Origin: an uncultured Acidimicrobiia bacterium
Lineage (GTDB): Bacteria; Actinomycetota; Acidimicrobiia; Acidimicrobiales; AC-14
DNA length: 25,756 bases
Assembly: GCA_963836205.1 (NCBI GenBank)
Contig: CAWIIV010000005.1
Location: 1-25,756, forward strand
Direction: 5' to 3'
Shown here piece by piece: positions 8,684 to 16,656 of the stretch. The position numbers and the translations under genes were made by a program. The notes below the pieces were generated by a model that saw only the letters and a list, made by a program, of their open reading frames with translations, was not told the DNA's origin and searched no databases. The first letter of the stretch is position 1, and each line of letters begins with the position of its first letter.

Positions 8684-8689
8684 AAGGTA
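8684..8689 (-). promoter_or_regulatory. Putative -10 element for leaderless hhyS transcript
   Basis: TACCTT 6 nt upstream of the hhyS ATG; no Shine-Dalgarno visible. Confidence 0.45.
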
Positions 8690-8726
8690 CCCGTACCGGG
8701 GTTGGGGCAGGGAGAGCCGAACGTCC

Positions 8727-8954
8727 CTAATGACGGGCGGAGACCGGTACGGGGGCCGGGATCTCGACCCGCTCCGCGGCCCGGAGGGTGTCGATCACCA
8801 GGGTGCGGACCTCTGCCGGCGCCCGCTTCCCGCAGTAGTAGCAGCGGTAGCTGGCGACGTTGCTGTAGTGGCAGCGGCAGAACCAGAAGACACCCAGCCA
8901 GCGGGCGACCTCGCTCCATTCCTCCGCTCTCCTGACGAAGCGCCGGGTGGCCAT
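8727..8954 (-). CDS. Small zinc-ribbon protein (75 aa)
   Basis: MATRRF...WFCRCHYSNVASYRCYYCG..., i.e. W-x-C-x-C-x3-N-x5-C-x2-C, RanBP2/DZR-like. Alternative in-frame GTG at 9080. Confidence 0.65.
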   Translation of the reverse strand: MATRRFVRRAEEWSEVARWLGVFWFCRCHYSNVASYRCYYCGKRAPAEVRTLVIDTLRAAERVEIPAPVPVSARH

Positions 8955-8961
8955 GGACAAA

Positions 8962-8990
8962 CGGTCGGCCGCTGCGCGAGAGCGCTTGAG
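8962..8990 (-). promoter_or_regulatory. Sigma-28 (FliA/WhiG)-like promoter
   Basis: CTCAAG-N15-GCCGACCG ending 7 nt before the ATG at 8954. Confidence 0.5.
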
Positions 8991-9089
8991 GCCGGCGGCC
9001 GACAAAGAGCCGATCGGACTACTTCCCGGCCGTCCATGCGGTGCTGGGTGCCGCTCGACGAGGGTCAAAGGGGTGGCCACGGGCGGGTC

Positions 9090-9117
9090 CCGACGGCGCC
9101 CGGTGGCGGTCGCTTGA
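9090..9117 (-). promoter_or_regulatory. Second, weaker sigma-28-like promoter
   Basis: TCAAG-N15-GCCGTCGG ending 9 nt before the in-frame GTG at 9080. Confidence 0.3.
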
Positions 9118-9374
9118 AGAGGCGGGCCGGGGTCGTCTGCGTGACGCGCCCGTCACCGGCCAGGGGCCCGGTATTGACAAAATTGGCGCCCGATCCTGCC
9201 TGCGCTCGCGGGCCCGGCTGCGGTCATCGGTCGGCGGCCGCGTGATGGCTGCGTCATCGCAGGTCAGAGGGGATATGACTCGCTGTGAGGCGGTTCCCGT
9301 GTGGGAGGGGGGAACGCGGCCCCGACCGTGCCCCCATTGCCGGGTGGGTCGAAAAGCTCATTCGCCGTGTGTGG

Positions 9375-9403
9375 CTCAAGTCCCAAAGGGGAAATGACGA
9401 TAC
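9375..9403 (+). promoter_or_regulatory. Sigma-28 (FliA/WhiG)-like promoter
   Basis: CTCAAG-N15-GACGATAC upstream of the GAGGAG RBS and the ATG at 9433. Confidence 0.55.
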
Positions 9404-9432
9404 GGGGATGACGCCCAGAGAGGAGCGGCACG

Positions 9433-9747
9433 ATGGATGACATCGAGAGCTTGTGCCGAGGATTCCTGCAGAACGCCGCCGCCCGCCACTGGGCGGTGGG
9501 CAAGGTGGCGCCGGAAGCCCCCACGTTCGACTACCTCACCGGCTACGGCGACGGTTGGGAGGCGGGCCACGTTGCTGCCCTCGCCCTCGTCATCGCCATG
9601 ATGTCGGGCGAGTCGATGACCGGGCTGATCGAGGAAGCCGACACCCGGGCGGCGGTGGAGTCGGCCTTCCCGTTCGACGCCATCTTCGATTTCACCGACG
9701 TCGACTCGGCCTCCTCCGCCGAGTCGGCCCCGCCGAAGGCGGCATGA
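9433..9747 (+). CDS. Hypothetical protein (paralog of 24451..24771)
   Basis: GAGGAG RBS; 34/82 identities, gapless, to the 106-aa ORF at 24451..24771 (hand alignment). Confidence 0.85.
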   Translation: MDDIESLCRGFLQNAAARHWAVGKVAPEAPTFDYLTGYGDGWEAGHVAALALVIAMMSGESMTGLIEEADTRAAVESAFPFDAIFDFTDVDSASSAESAPPKAA

Positions 9748-9932
9748 TGGGCCCGGACGACGAAGTCGTCCCCTGCCCCACGTGCTGGCTGCTGGCCGAC
9801 CTGATCCCGCCCGGCGACCACGGCGGCCTCTACCGCTCCCGCTGCGCCCGGGGCCACGAGAACACGCTGGCGCCGTCGGTGCTGGCCTACCTCCTCGACA
9901 TGCTCGGCCCCGCCTTCAAGCGCTCGGCCTGA
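9744..9932 (+). CDS. Small CxxC...CxxGH protein (62 aa), putative zinc-binding
   Basis: ATGA overlap with the upstream stop; [19 protein letters not shown]...[11 protein letters not shown]... Confidence 0.7.
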   Translation: MMGPDDEVVPCPTCWLLADLIPPGDHGGLYRSRCARGHENTLAPSVLAYLLDMLGPAFKRSA

Positions 9933-9978
9933 CGCGACCCCGTCGGCGCTGATCCAGCCCCCGGGCGATGATGTCCGG

Positions 9979-10728
9979 GTGGGCGCCTTCGACGGTCGGG
10001 TGGCGATCGTCACCGGCGGCGGCTCCGGGCTGGGCCTGGAGATCGCCACCGCCCTGGCCGAGGCGGGAACGGCGGTGGTGGTGGCCAGCCGCGACGGCGA
10101 ACGGTGCGCGGAGGTCGCCTCCTCCCTGGGCGGACCGGTGGCGGCATGGGGCCTGACCTGTGACGTCACCGACGAAGGGTCGGTCGAGCGCCTGGTCGGG
10201 GCGACGGTGGAGCGCTTCGGGCGGGTCGACATCCTCGTCAACTGCGCCGGAATCAATGTCCGGGGCGCGGCCGACGAGGTGGCGGTGGCCGACTTCGAGC
10301 GCTGCCTGGCGGTCAACGTCACAGGGACGTGGCTGGCCTGCCGGGCCGCGGCCCGGCCCATGCGGGCCGCCGGCTACGGCCGCATCGTCAACCTGGCCTC
10401 GGCCCTGGGCCTGGTGGGGGCGGCCGAGCGCTCGGCCTACGCCGCGGCCAAGGGGGCGGTGGTGCAGCTCACCCGGGCGCTGGCGGTGGAATGGGCCGGC
10501 ACCGGCGTCACCGTCAACGCACTGGCCCCGGGACCGTTCCTCACACCCCTCAACCAGGGCGTCGCCGACTCGCGCCGGGTGCGGGCCTTCCTCGACCACG
10601 AGGTACCGCTGCACCGCTGGGCCCGGCTGGACGAGATCCGGGCCGCGGCCCTGTTCCTCTGCTCGGAAGGGTCCTCGTACACCACGGGGACGGTGGTGTC
10701 GGTCGACGGCGGGTGGGTCGCCCACTAA
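9979..10728 (+). CDS. SDR family NAD(P)-dependent oxidoreductase
   Basis: [12 protein letters not shown], catalytic S...YAAAK, VNALAPG, VDGG. Confidence 0.93.
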   Translation: MGAFDGRVAIVTGGGSGLGLEIATALAEAGTAVVVASRDGERCAEVASSLGGPVAAWGLTCDVTDEGSVERLVGATVERFGRVDILVNCAGINVRGAADEVAVADFERCLAVNVTGTWLACRAAARPMRAAGYGRIVNLASALGLVGAAERSAYAAAKGAVVQLTRALAVEWAGTGVTVNALAPGPFLTPLNQGVADSRRVRAFLDHEVPLHRWARLDEIRAAALFLCSEGSSYTTGTVVSVDGGWVAH

Positions 10729-10770
10729 TCCGTGCCCGCCGTCCCGCCGCCACCCGTTACCGTTCCCGTG

Positions 10771-12063
10771 ATGGCCACCGCAACCGTCCGATCGAACCTC
10801 GACGACGCCGGCGTAGGGGCGCCCAGCGCCGACGACGTCGAGGCGGCCGACGTCCGGCTCGACGCCGTGGTCCGGCGCACGCCCCTGGAGCGCAACGACC
10901 GCCTGGGCCAGCGGGTGGGCGCCGAGGTGTGGCTGAAGCGGGAGGACCAGCAGGTCGTCCGGTCCTACAAGCTCCGGGGCGCCTACAACTTCATCTCCCA
11001 GCTGACCGACGAGGAGAAGTCCCACGGCGTCGAATGCGCCAGCGCCGGGAACCACGCCCAGGGGGTGGCTTTCAGCTGCCGTCACCTGGGGGTTCCCGGG
11101 CGGATCGTCGTCCCCCGCACCACCCCCCGCCAGAAGCGGGAGCGGATCACCGCCATCGGCGGCGACCTCGTCACCCTCGTCGTCACCGGCGACACCTACG
11201 ACGACGCCAACCTGGCCGCGGTGGAGGACGCCATGGCATCGGGCCGGGTCCTCGTCCCCCCCTTCGACCACCCCTTCACCATCGCCGGCCAGGGCTCCGT
11301 GGCGGTGGAGATCGTCCGCCAGCTCGGCTTCGCACCCGACGTGCTGGTCGTACCCGTCGGCGGCGGCGGCCTGCTGGCCGGCACCGCCACCTGGCTGCGG
11401 GCCCGGCACCCGGGGACGCGCCTGGTCGGAGTCGAGCCGGCGGGTGCCGCCTGCATGGCCGCGGCCGTGGCCGCGGGCGAGCCGGTCGTGCTCAAGGACC
11501 TCGACAGCTTTGTGGACGGGGCCGCGGTGCGGCGGGCGGGCTCGGTGACGTACCCGATCGTGGCCGATCTGGTCGAGGAGCTGGTCACGGTGGAGGAGGG
11601 CCGGGTCTGCACCGAGATGCTCGACCTCTATCAATGGGAGGGCATCGTGGCCGAGCCCGCGGGTGCCCTGGCCCCGGCCGCCCTCGGGTACTCGGTGACG
11701 GTGGAGCCGGGCCAGACGGTGGTGTGCGTGCTCTCCGGCGGCAACAACGACGTGAGCCGCTACGGCGAGATCGTCGAGCGGTCCCTGATCCACGAGGGGC
11801 TCAAGCACTACTTCCTGGTCGAGTTTCCCCAGGAGCCGGGGGCGCTGCGGGGCTTCCTCGACGAGGTGTTGAGCGAGAACGAGGACATCACCCTCTTCGA
11901 GTACGTCAAGAAGAACAACCGGGAGACGGGCCCGGCCCTGGTGGGCATCGAGATCAACGGCCGCGACGACCTCGAGCCCCTGCTCGATCGAATGCGCCAC
12001 AGCCGCCTGCGCATCGAACCCGTCCCCCCCGGCTCACCGCTGTTCACCTTCCTGGTGACCTGA
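10771..12063 (+). CDS. ilvA: Threonine ammonia-lyase IlvA (short form, one regulatory domain)
   Basis: KREDQQVVRSYKLRGA, ASAGNHAQG, PVGGGGL, EPAGAL, SGGNND, FPQEPGALR, FEYVKKNNRETGPALVGIE. Confidence 0.93.
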   Translation: MATATVRSNLDDAGVGAPSADDVEAADVRLDAVVRRTPLERNDRLGQRVGAEVWLKREDQQVVRSYKLRGAYNFISQLTDEEKSHGVECASAGNHAQGVAFSCRHLGVPGRIVVPRTTPRQKRERITAIGGDLVTLVVTGDTYDDANLAAVEDAMASGRVLVPPFDHPFTIAGQGSVAVEIVRQLGFAPDVLVVPVGGGGLLAGTATWLRARHPGTRLVGVEPAGAACMAAAVAAGEPVVLKDLDSFVDGAAVRRAGSVTYPIVADLVEELVTVEEGRVCTEMLDLYQWEGIVAEPAGALAPAALGYSVTVEPGQTVVCVLSGGNNDVSRYGEIVERSLIHEGLKHYFLVEFPQEPGALRGFLDEVLSENEDITLFEYVKKNNRETGPALVGIEINGRDDLEPLLDRMRHSRLRIEPVPPGSPLFTFLVT

Positions 12064-12130
12064 GCCACGTCGGGGCCGCCGCGACCCCGGCCCGGCGTCG
12101 CAGGGATTTCTGATCCTACGGGTCAAGAGG

Positions 12131-12154
12131 TGGTAGGATACGAACACCAGTTCG
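12131..12154 (+). promoter_or_regulatory. LexA (SOS) box abutting an extended -10
   Basis: Perfect CGAAC-ACCA-GTTCG at 12141-12154, just downstream of TGG-TAGGAT (12131-12139) and upstream of the DUF222/HNH gene. Confidence 0.8.
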
Positions 12155-12196
12155 CTGGGCTGCTTCCCCCCACCTTGGCGTTCGTCGACAACGGGC

Positions 12197-13612
12197 ATGG
12201 CTATGGGCGTAGGGATCGCGGAGCTGCGGGAGTCCTTGAGTGGGTATGCCGCCGGCTTCGACGCGGCCGTGCTGTCGGCGGTGCAGGCCGCGGTGGTCGT
12301 CGACGAGGCGTCCCGGATCGAGAAGATCGCCGCCACCGTCAAGGCCCTGGCCGCGGCCCGGGTGGCGGATGCAGGGACGTGGCGGGCCGAGGGCGATCGT
12401 TCGGCAGCCCACATGCTGGCCCGGCGCACGGGCACCAGCGTGGTCCAGGCCGCGGCCGCCCTCGACACCGCCCGCCGGCTCGACGCATTGCCGCAGACGT
12501 CGGCGGCCGCTCGTCGGGGTGAGCTGTCGGCCGAGCAGGCGTCGGCGATCGTCGACGCCGCCTGTTCCGACGCCGAGGCCGAGAGCCGATTGCTCGATGC
12601 GGCCCGGCGCTCGCCCCTGGTCGAGTTGCGGGTGCAGTGCGCCCGCACCAAGGCCACCGCCCACGTCGACACCGAGGCCCGCCGTCGGCGCATCCACCAA
12701 AGGCGGTCGCTGCGCTCCTACACCGATTCGGAGGGCGAGTGGCATCTCCACTGCCGCGACAACCCCGAGGTGGGCGCCCGCATCATGGCCGCCCTCGAAC
12801 CGATCCGAGAGGCGATCTTCCGCCGGGCGAGGGCCGAGGCCCGCCACGAAGCGCCCGACGCCTACGCCGCCGACGCCCTGGCCGAGATGGCCCGCCGGTC
12901 AGGTGCCGGCGAAGTCGCCGGGATGCCGCCCGGGGCCGGCGGAACCACGGGGGACGACGGGCCGATCGGGTTCGGCGAAACCGATGGGGCGAGCGGGGTC
13001 GACGGGAATGACCAGACTCGTGCGCCCGACGGGCAGGTCGACGTCGACCGGGCCCTCGGAGCCGAGCGCGTCGCCGTGGCGGGTGACCGGCCCGTCCGGC
13101 AACGGGCGCCGGTGCCGCGGGTGGGTCCGCCGAAGATCATCGTGCGGGTCGACATCGAGGCACTGTTGCGAGGCTTGCCGACCGAGGGGGAGGTCTGCGA
13201 GATCGCCGGGTTCGGGCCAGTGGCGGTGTCCGCGGTGCGGGAGATGATCGACGCCGACGACCCCTTCCTCACCGCAGTTGCCACCCGGGGCCAGAAACTT
13301 TCGGAGTGGCCCATCTGGGGCGGCGGCCCAACGCCTTGCAGCAGACGGCCCTCCAGTTGGCTGTACCCGAGCTGCGCCAACGAGGCCTGCAGCGCCCAGG
13401 CCCGCCTCGACTACGACCATCGCGTCGACTGGTCCCGCACCCACTTCACCGTGCTCGACCTGCTCGATCGCCTCTGTGGGCACTGCCACACGCTCAAGAC
13501 GCGGCAGAACTGGTCCCTGGTCGAGGGCCGGGGCAAACGGGCGCTGGTCCCACCCGAGGATCGGCGGCATCCGAGGAACGCAGTCGAGCCGAGGGTGAAC
13601 GACCCGCCGTGA
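12197..13612 (+). CDS. DUF222 / HNH endonuclease-signature protein (13E12-repeat-like)
   Basis: N-terminal DUF222-like region (RRGELSAEQASAIV, AYAADALAEM, VRVDIEALLRG...CEIAGFGPV). C-terminal CxxxxC...DH...LCGHCHTLKT. A 19-codon segment appears transiently out of frame. Confidence 0.8.
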   Translation: MAMGVGIAELRESLSGYAAGFDAAVLSAVQAAVVVDEASRIEKIAATVKALAAARVADAGTWRAEGDRSAAHMLARRTGTSVVQAAAALDTARRLDALPQTSAAARRGELSAEQASAIVDAACSDAEAESRLLDAARRSPLVELRVQCARTKATAHVDTEARRRRIHQRRSLRSYTDSEGEWHLHCRDNPEVGARIMAALEPIREAIFRRARAEARHEAPDAYAADALAEMARRSGAGEVAGMPPGAGGTTGDDGPIGFGETDGASGVDGNDQTRAPDGQVDVDRALGAERVAVAGDRPVRQRAPVPRVGPPKIIVRVDIEALLRGLPTEGEVCEIAGFGPVAVSAVREMIDADDPFLTAVATRGQKLSEWPIWGGGPTPCSRRPSSWLYPSCANEACSAQARLDYDHRVDWSRTHFTVLDLLDRLCGHCHTLKTRQNWSLVEGRGKRALVPPEDRRHPRNAVEPRVNDPP

Positions 13613-13921
13613 GGACCGGCGCACGGGAACGCTGCGAACGACCAGCCCGGCGGGCGCCTCGGATGTTCAGGCGGAGTAGGTGTGCGCAAAGGCGCCGACC
13701 GGCGCGCAACCGCTGGTGTCGAAGCGTCCGCGGGGCTCGGGTGATTCGGGGCCGATCGGCTCTCCGTGGCGTCGGGGGTGACCGCTCGATCCGAGGACGC
13801 CGCCAGCTCGCCTCCGGCGGTCCGGCGGCCACAGTTCGTGTGGGCGTGGGCGGCGCGGCCCGAGTGGCACACGGGCCGGTCGTCGACGACCTGACTTCGA
13901 GTGCGTGTCCGCGAGAGGGAG

Positions 13922-14575
13922 TTAGAGCTCGTCGGCCATGCGGTCGGCGGGGGTCTCGGACAGGCGCTCGCGGTCGTCCTCGTCGAAGGTGGTGTCGATG
14001 TCGAACGAGAAAAGGACCCCCACGGCCCGGCCGACCCGGATGAAGACGTAGTCGAAGGCGAACGACGCCTCGTCGTCCTGGCCGACCAGGTCGACGGTGG
14101 CCCGGTAGCCGATGGCCTCGTCGCCGAGGTCGCCGACCCGAAGCTCCGACACGGACAGGTCGTCGATCTCGACGCCGTCGCCGAGCTCGTCCCCGAACCC
14201 GGTGCGGATGGCGTTCTCGAAGCAGCCGACGAAACTCGACTGTTCGAGCTCGGCGAACGCTTCCTCGGCCTCGTCCTCGCTCTCGGCCAGGTTGACGGCC
14301 GACGCACGGGCCAGTGTCTCGTCCTCGTCGGAGAAGGTCGCCTCTGCGCTGCGAGGCCCCTCGCCCAGGTCGGCGAGCATCTGGTTCTCGTTGAGGCACT
14401 GGCGGAAGGAATCGCTCTCGTCGTCGTCGTCCTCCTCGTCGTCCTCCCGCTCCAGGCCGGGAAAATCGGCGTCGGTGAGGATGATGCGCTCGGCGCGGGC
14501 CTTGTCGTCGGCGACGGACGGGAGCTTGTCGCCGCCGCCGGCCAGGCGGTACCGAAGCGGCGTTCCGGCCTTCAT
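13922..14575 (-). CDS. Acidic hypothetical protein resembling an actinobacterial lipoprotein with damaged signal peptide
   Basis: GGAGG RBS + ATG; two Cys; LGDEAIGYR...VFIRVGRAVG pattern; no hydrophobic leader in frame. Confidence 0.7.
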   Translation of the reverse strand: MKAGTPLRYRLAGGGDKLPSVADDKARAERIILTDADFPGLEREDDEEDDDDESDSFRQCLNENQMLADLGEGPRSAEATFSDEDETLARASAVNLAESEDEAEEAFAELEQSSFVGCFENAIRTGFGDELGDGVEIDDLSVSELRVGDLGDEAIGYRATVDLVGQDDEASFAFDYVFIRVGRAVGVLFSFDIDTTFDEDDRERLSETPADRMADEL

Positions 14576-14630
14576 GGCTGCCTCCGATCACCCGCAGCCG
14601 CGAGCTGGCCGCCGAGTAATGCGTATCTCG

Positions 14631-16517
14631 TCAGGCGACGGCGCCGGCGGGCTCGACTCCCTGGGAGAACTGGGTGTTGTAGAGCTCGGCGTAGCGACCG
14701 CCGGCGGCGAGGAGCGCCTCGTGGGTGCCCCGCTCGACGATGCGGCCGGCCTCGACCACGAGGATGAGGTCGGCGTCGCGGATGGTCGACAGCCGGTGGG
14801 CGATGACCAGGGCGGTGCGACCGGCCAGGGCGTTGGCCAGGGCCTCCTGCACCGCGGCCTCGGACTCCGAGTCGAGGTGGGCGGTGGCCTCGTCGAGGAT
14901 CACCACCTGGGGCTTGGCCAGGAGCAGGCGGGCGATGGTGAGGCGCTGGCGCTCGCCGCCTGAGAGGCGGTAGCCCCGCTCCCCCACCACCGTGTCGAGC
15001 TTGTCGGGCAACGACTGCACCAGGTCGGCCAGCCGGGCCTTGCGCAGGGCGTCCCACAGCTCGTCGTCGGTGGCGCCCGGTCGGGCGAAGCGCAGATTGG
15101 ACCCGAGGGTGTCGTGGAAGAGGTGGCCGTCCTGGGTGACCATCCCCAACGACTGGCGGATGGAGTCGAAGGTGAGGTCGCGGGTGTCGATGCCCGACAG
15201 CTTCACCGTCCCGCTGTCGACGTCGTACAACCGGGGGGCCAGTGACGCGATGGTGGACTTGCCGCTCCCCGACGACCCCACCAGGGCCACCAGTTGCCCG
15301 GGCTCGACCCGGAACGACACGCCCTTGAGGACCTCGTCGCCGCCCCTGGTGTCGAGGGTGAGAACCTCCTCCAGGGATGCCAGCGAGAACTTGTCGGCCG
15401 ACGGGTAGGCGAAGCGGACGTCGGAGAACTCGAGCGACACCGGGCCGTCGGGCACAGCCACCGCATCCGGCTTCTCCTTGATGAGGGGCTCGACGTCGAG
15501 GACCTCGAACACCCGCTCGAAGCTGACCAGGGCGGTCATGGCGTCGACCCGGGCGCTGGCCAGGGCGGTGAGGGGGGCGTAGAGGCGGGTGAGGAGCAGG
15601 GCCAGGGTGACGACGGTGCCCGCATCCAGCCGTCCCCGCAGGGCCAGCCAGCCGCCGAGGCCGTAGACGAGGGCCAGGGCGAGCGACGACACCAGGCTGA
15701 GGGCGGTGAGGAAGACCCACTGGGCCATGGCCGTGCGCACCCCGATGTCGCGCACCCGCGACGCCCGGGAGCCGAACTCGGCCACCTCGTCCGCCGGCCG
15801 CCCGAAGAGCTTGACCAGGGTGGCTCCGGGAGCGGAGAAGCGCTCGGTCATCTGGGTGGTCATGGCCGCGTTGTTGTCGGACGCCTCCCGCTGGAGGTCG
15901 GCCAGCTTGGTGCCCATGCGCCGGGCGGGGAGGATGAACACCGGCAGCAGGATCAGTGCCAGCAGGGTGATCGACCACGACAGCCGCAGCATCACGGCCA
16001 GGGTGAGCAGCAGGGTGATGAGGTTGCTGACGAACCCGGACAGGGTCCAGGTGAAGGCCCGCTGGGCGCCGATGACGTCGTTGTCGAGGCGGCTGACGAG
16101 GGCGCCGGTGCGGGTGCGGGTGAAAAAGGCCACCGGCATGCGCTGGATGTGCCCGAACACGGCCCGCCGGAGGTCGAGGATGAGGCCCTCGCCGATCTTC
16201 GCCGACTGCCAGCGGCCGACAACACCGATGACGGCGTCGAAGACGGCCAGGAACGCCATGAGGATGGCCAGCCCGACGACGGTGCCGGCCGACCCGTTGT
16301 CGACGATCACGTCGACCACCCGGCCCGCCAGCAGCGGGGTGGCCACGGTGAGGACGGCGGCGAGAACGCTGGTGAACAGGAAGGCGCCCAACGCCCGCCG
16401 GTAGGGCTTGGCGAACTCCCACACCCGGAGCAGGATCTCCTTGGTGAACGCCTTCTTGGGCGGCTCGCCCTGCATGGCGCTGTGCAGCGCCATCCACCCG
16501 TTCATGTCGACGTTCAC
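14631..16517 (-). CDS. ABC exporter, fused permease/ATP-binding protein
   Basis: N-terminal TM helices; Walker A GSSGSGKST, signature LSGGERQR, Walker B ILDEAT, IAHRLST. Confidence 0.94.
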   Translation of the reverse strand: MNVDMNGWMALHSAMQGEPPKKAFTKEILLRVWEFAKPYRRALGAFLFTSVLAAVLTVATPLLAGRVVDVIVDNGSAGTVVGLAILMAFLAVFDAVIGVVGRWQSAKIGEGLILDLRRAVFGHIQRMPVAFFTRTRTGALVSRLDNDVIGAQRAFTWTLSGFVSNLITLLLTLAVMLRLSWSITLLALILLPVFILPARRMGTKLADLQREASDNNAAMTTQMTERFSAPGATLVKLFGRPADEVAEFGSRASRVRDIGVRTAMAQWVFLTALSLVSSLALALVYGLGGWLALRGRLDAGTVVTLALLLTRLYAPLTALASARVDAMTALVSFERVFEVLDVEPLIKEKPDAVAVPDGPVSLEFSDVRFAYPSADKFSLASLEEVLTLDTRGGDEVLKGVSFRVEPGQLVALVGSSGSGKSTIASLAPRLYDVDSGTVKLSGIDTRDLTFDSIRQSLGMVTQDGHLFHDTLGSNLRFARPGATDDELWDALRKARLADLVQSLPDKLDTVVGERGYRLSGGERQRLTIARLLLAKPQVVILDEATAHLDSESEAAVQEALANALAGRTALVIAHRLSTIRDADLILVVEAGRIVERGTHEALLAAGGRYAELYNTQFSQGVEPAGAVA

Positions 16518-16600
16518 GGTCCTGCCCCCTTCACCCTTGTTGCTGGCACCCCTGTTGCTGGCATCCGGCAGTTGTGACGCACGGCCGGCGCCGAACTCAT
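16514..16600 (-). CDS. Putative leaderless 28-aa uORF coupled to the ABC exporter
   Basis: MSSAPAVRHNCRMPATGVPATRVKGAGP; ATG 5 nt after an ECF -10; TGA overlaps the ABC GTG. Confidence 0.3.
   Translation of the reverse strand: MSSAPAVRHNCRMPATGVPATRVKGAGP
16538..16563. repeat. 11-bp direct repeat, 15-bp period
   Basis: TGTTGCTGGCA at 16538-16548 and 16553-16563. Confidence 0.7.
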
Positions 16601-16605
16601 CGTTC

Positions 16606-16632
16606 CAACACCGACTCCAGTCTCCCCGTTCC
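16606..16632 (-). promoter_or_regulatory. SigH/sigmaR-type ECF promoter
   Basis: GGAAC-N18-GTTG on the minus strand upstream of the ABC exporter. Confidence 0.6.
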
Positions 16633-16656
16633 CGCCGGGCGCCCGCGCCGGAATGG

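Noticed and set aside
9174-9179. Perfect TTGACA -35 hexamer
   Set aside because: No acceptable -10 at 16-18 nt spacing, so a promoter cannot be supported.
9241-9370. Possible riboswitch or ncRNA in the long intergenic region
   Set aside because: I recognise no conserved riboswitch motif. An Rfam scan would be needed.
13613-13921. Possible small ORF or structured RNA downstream of the HNH gene
   Set aside because: Only weak hairpins and a low-complexity 67-aa ORF; nothing supportable.
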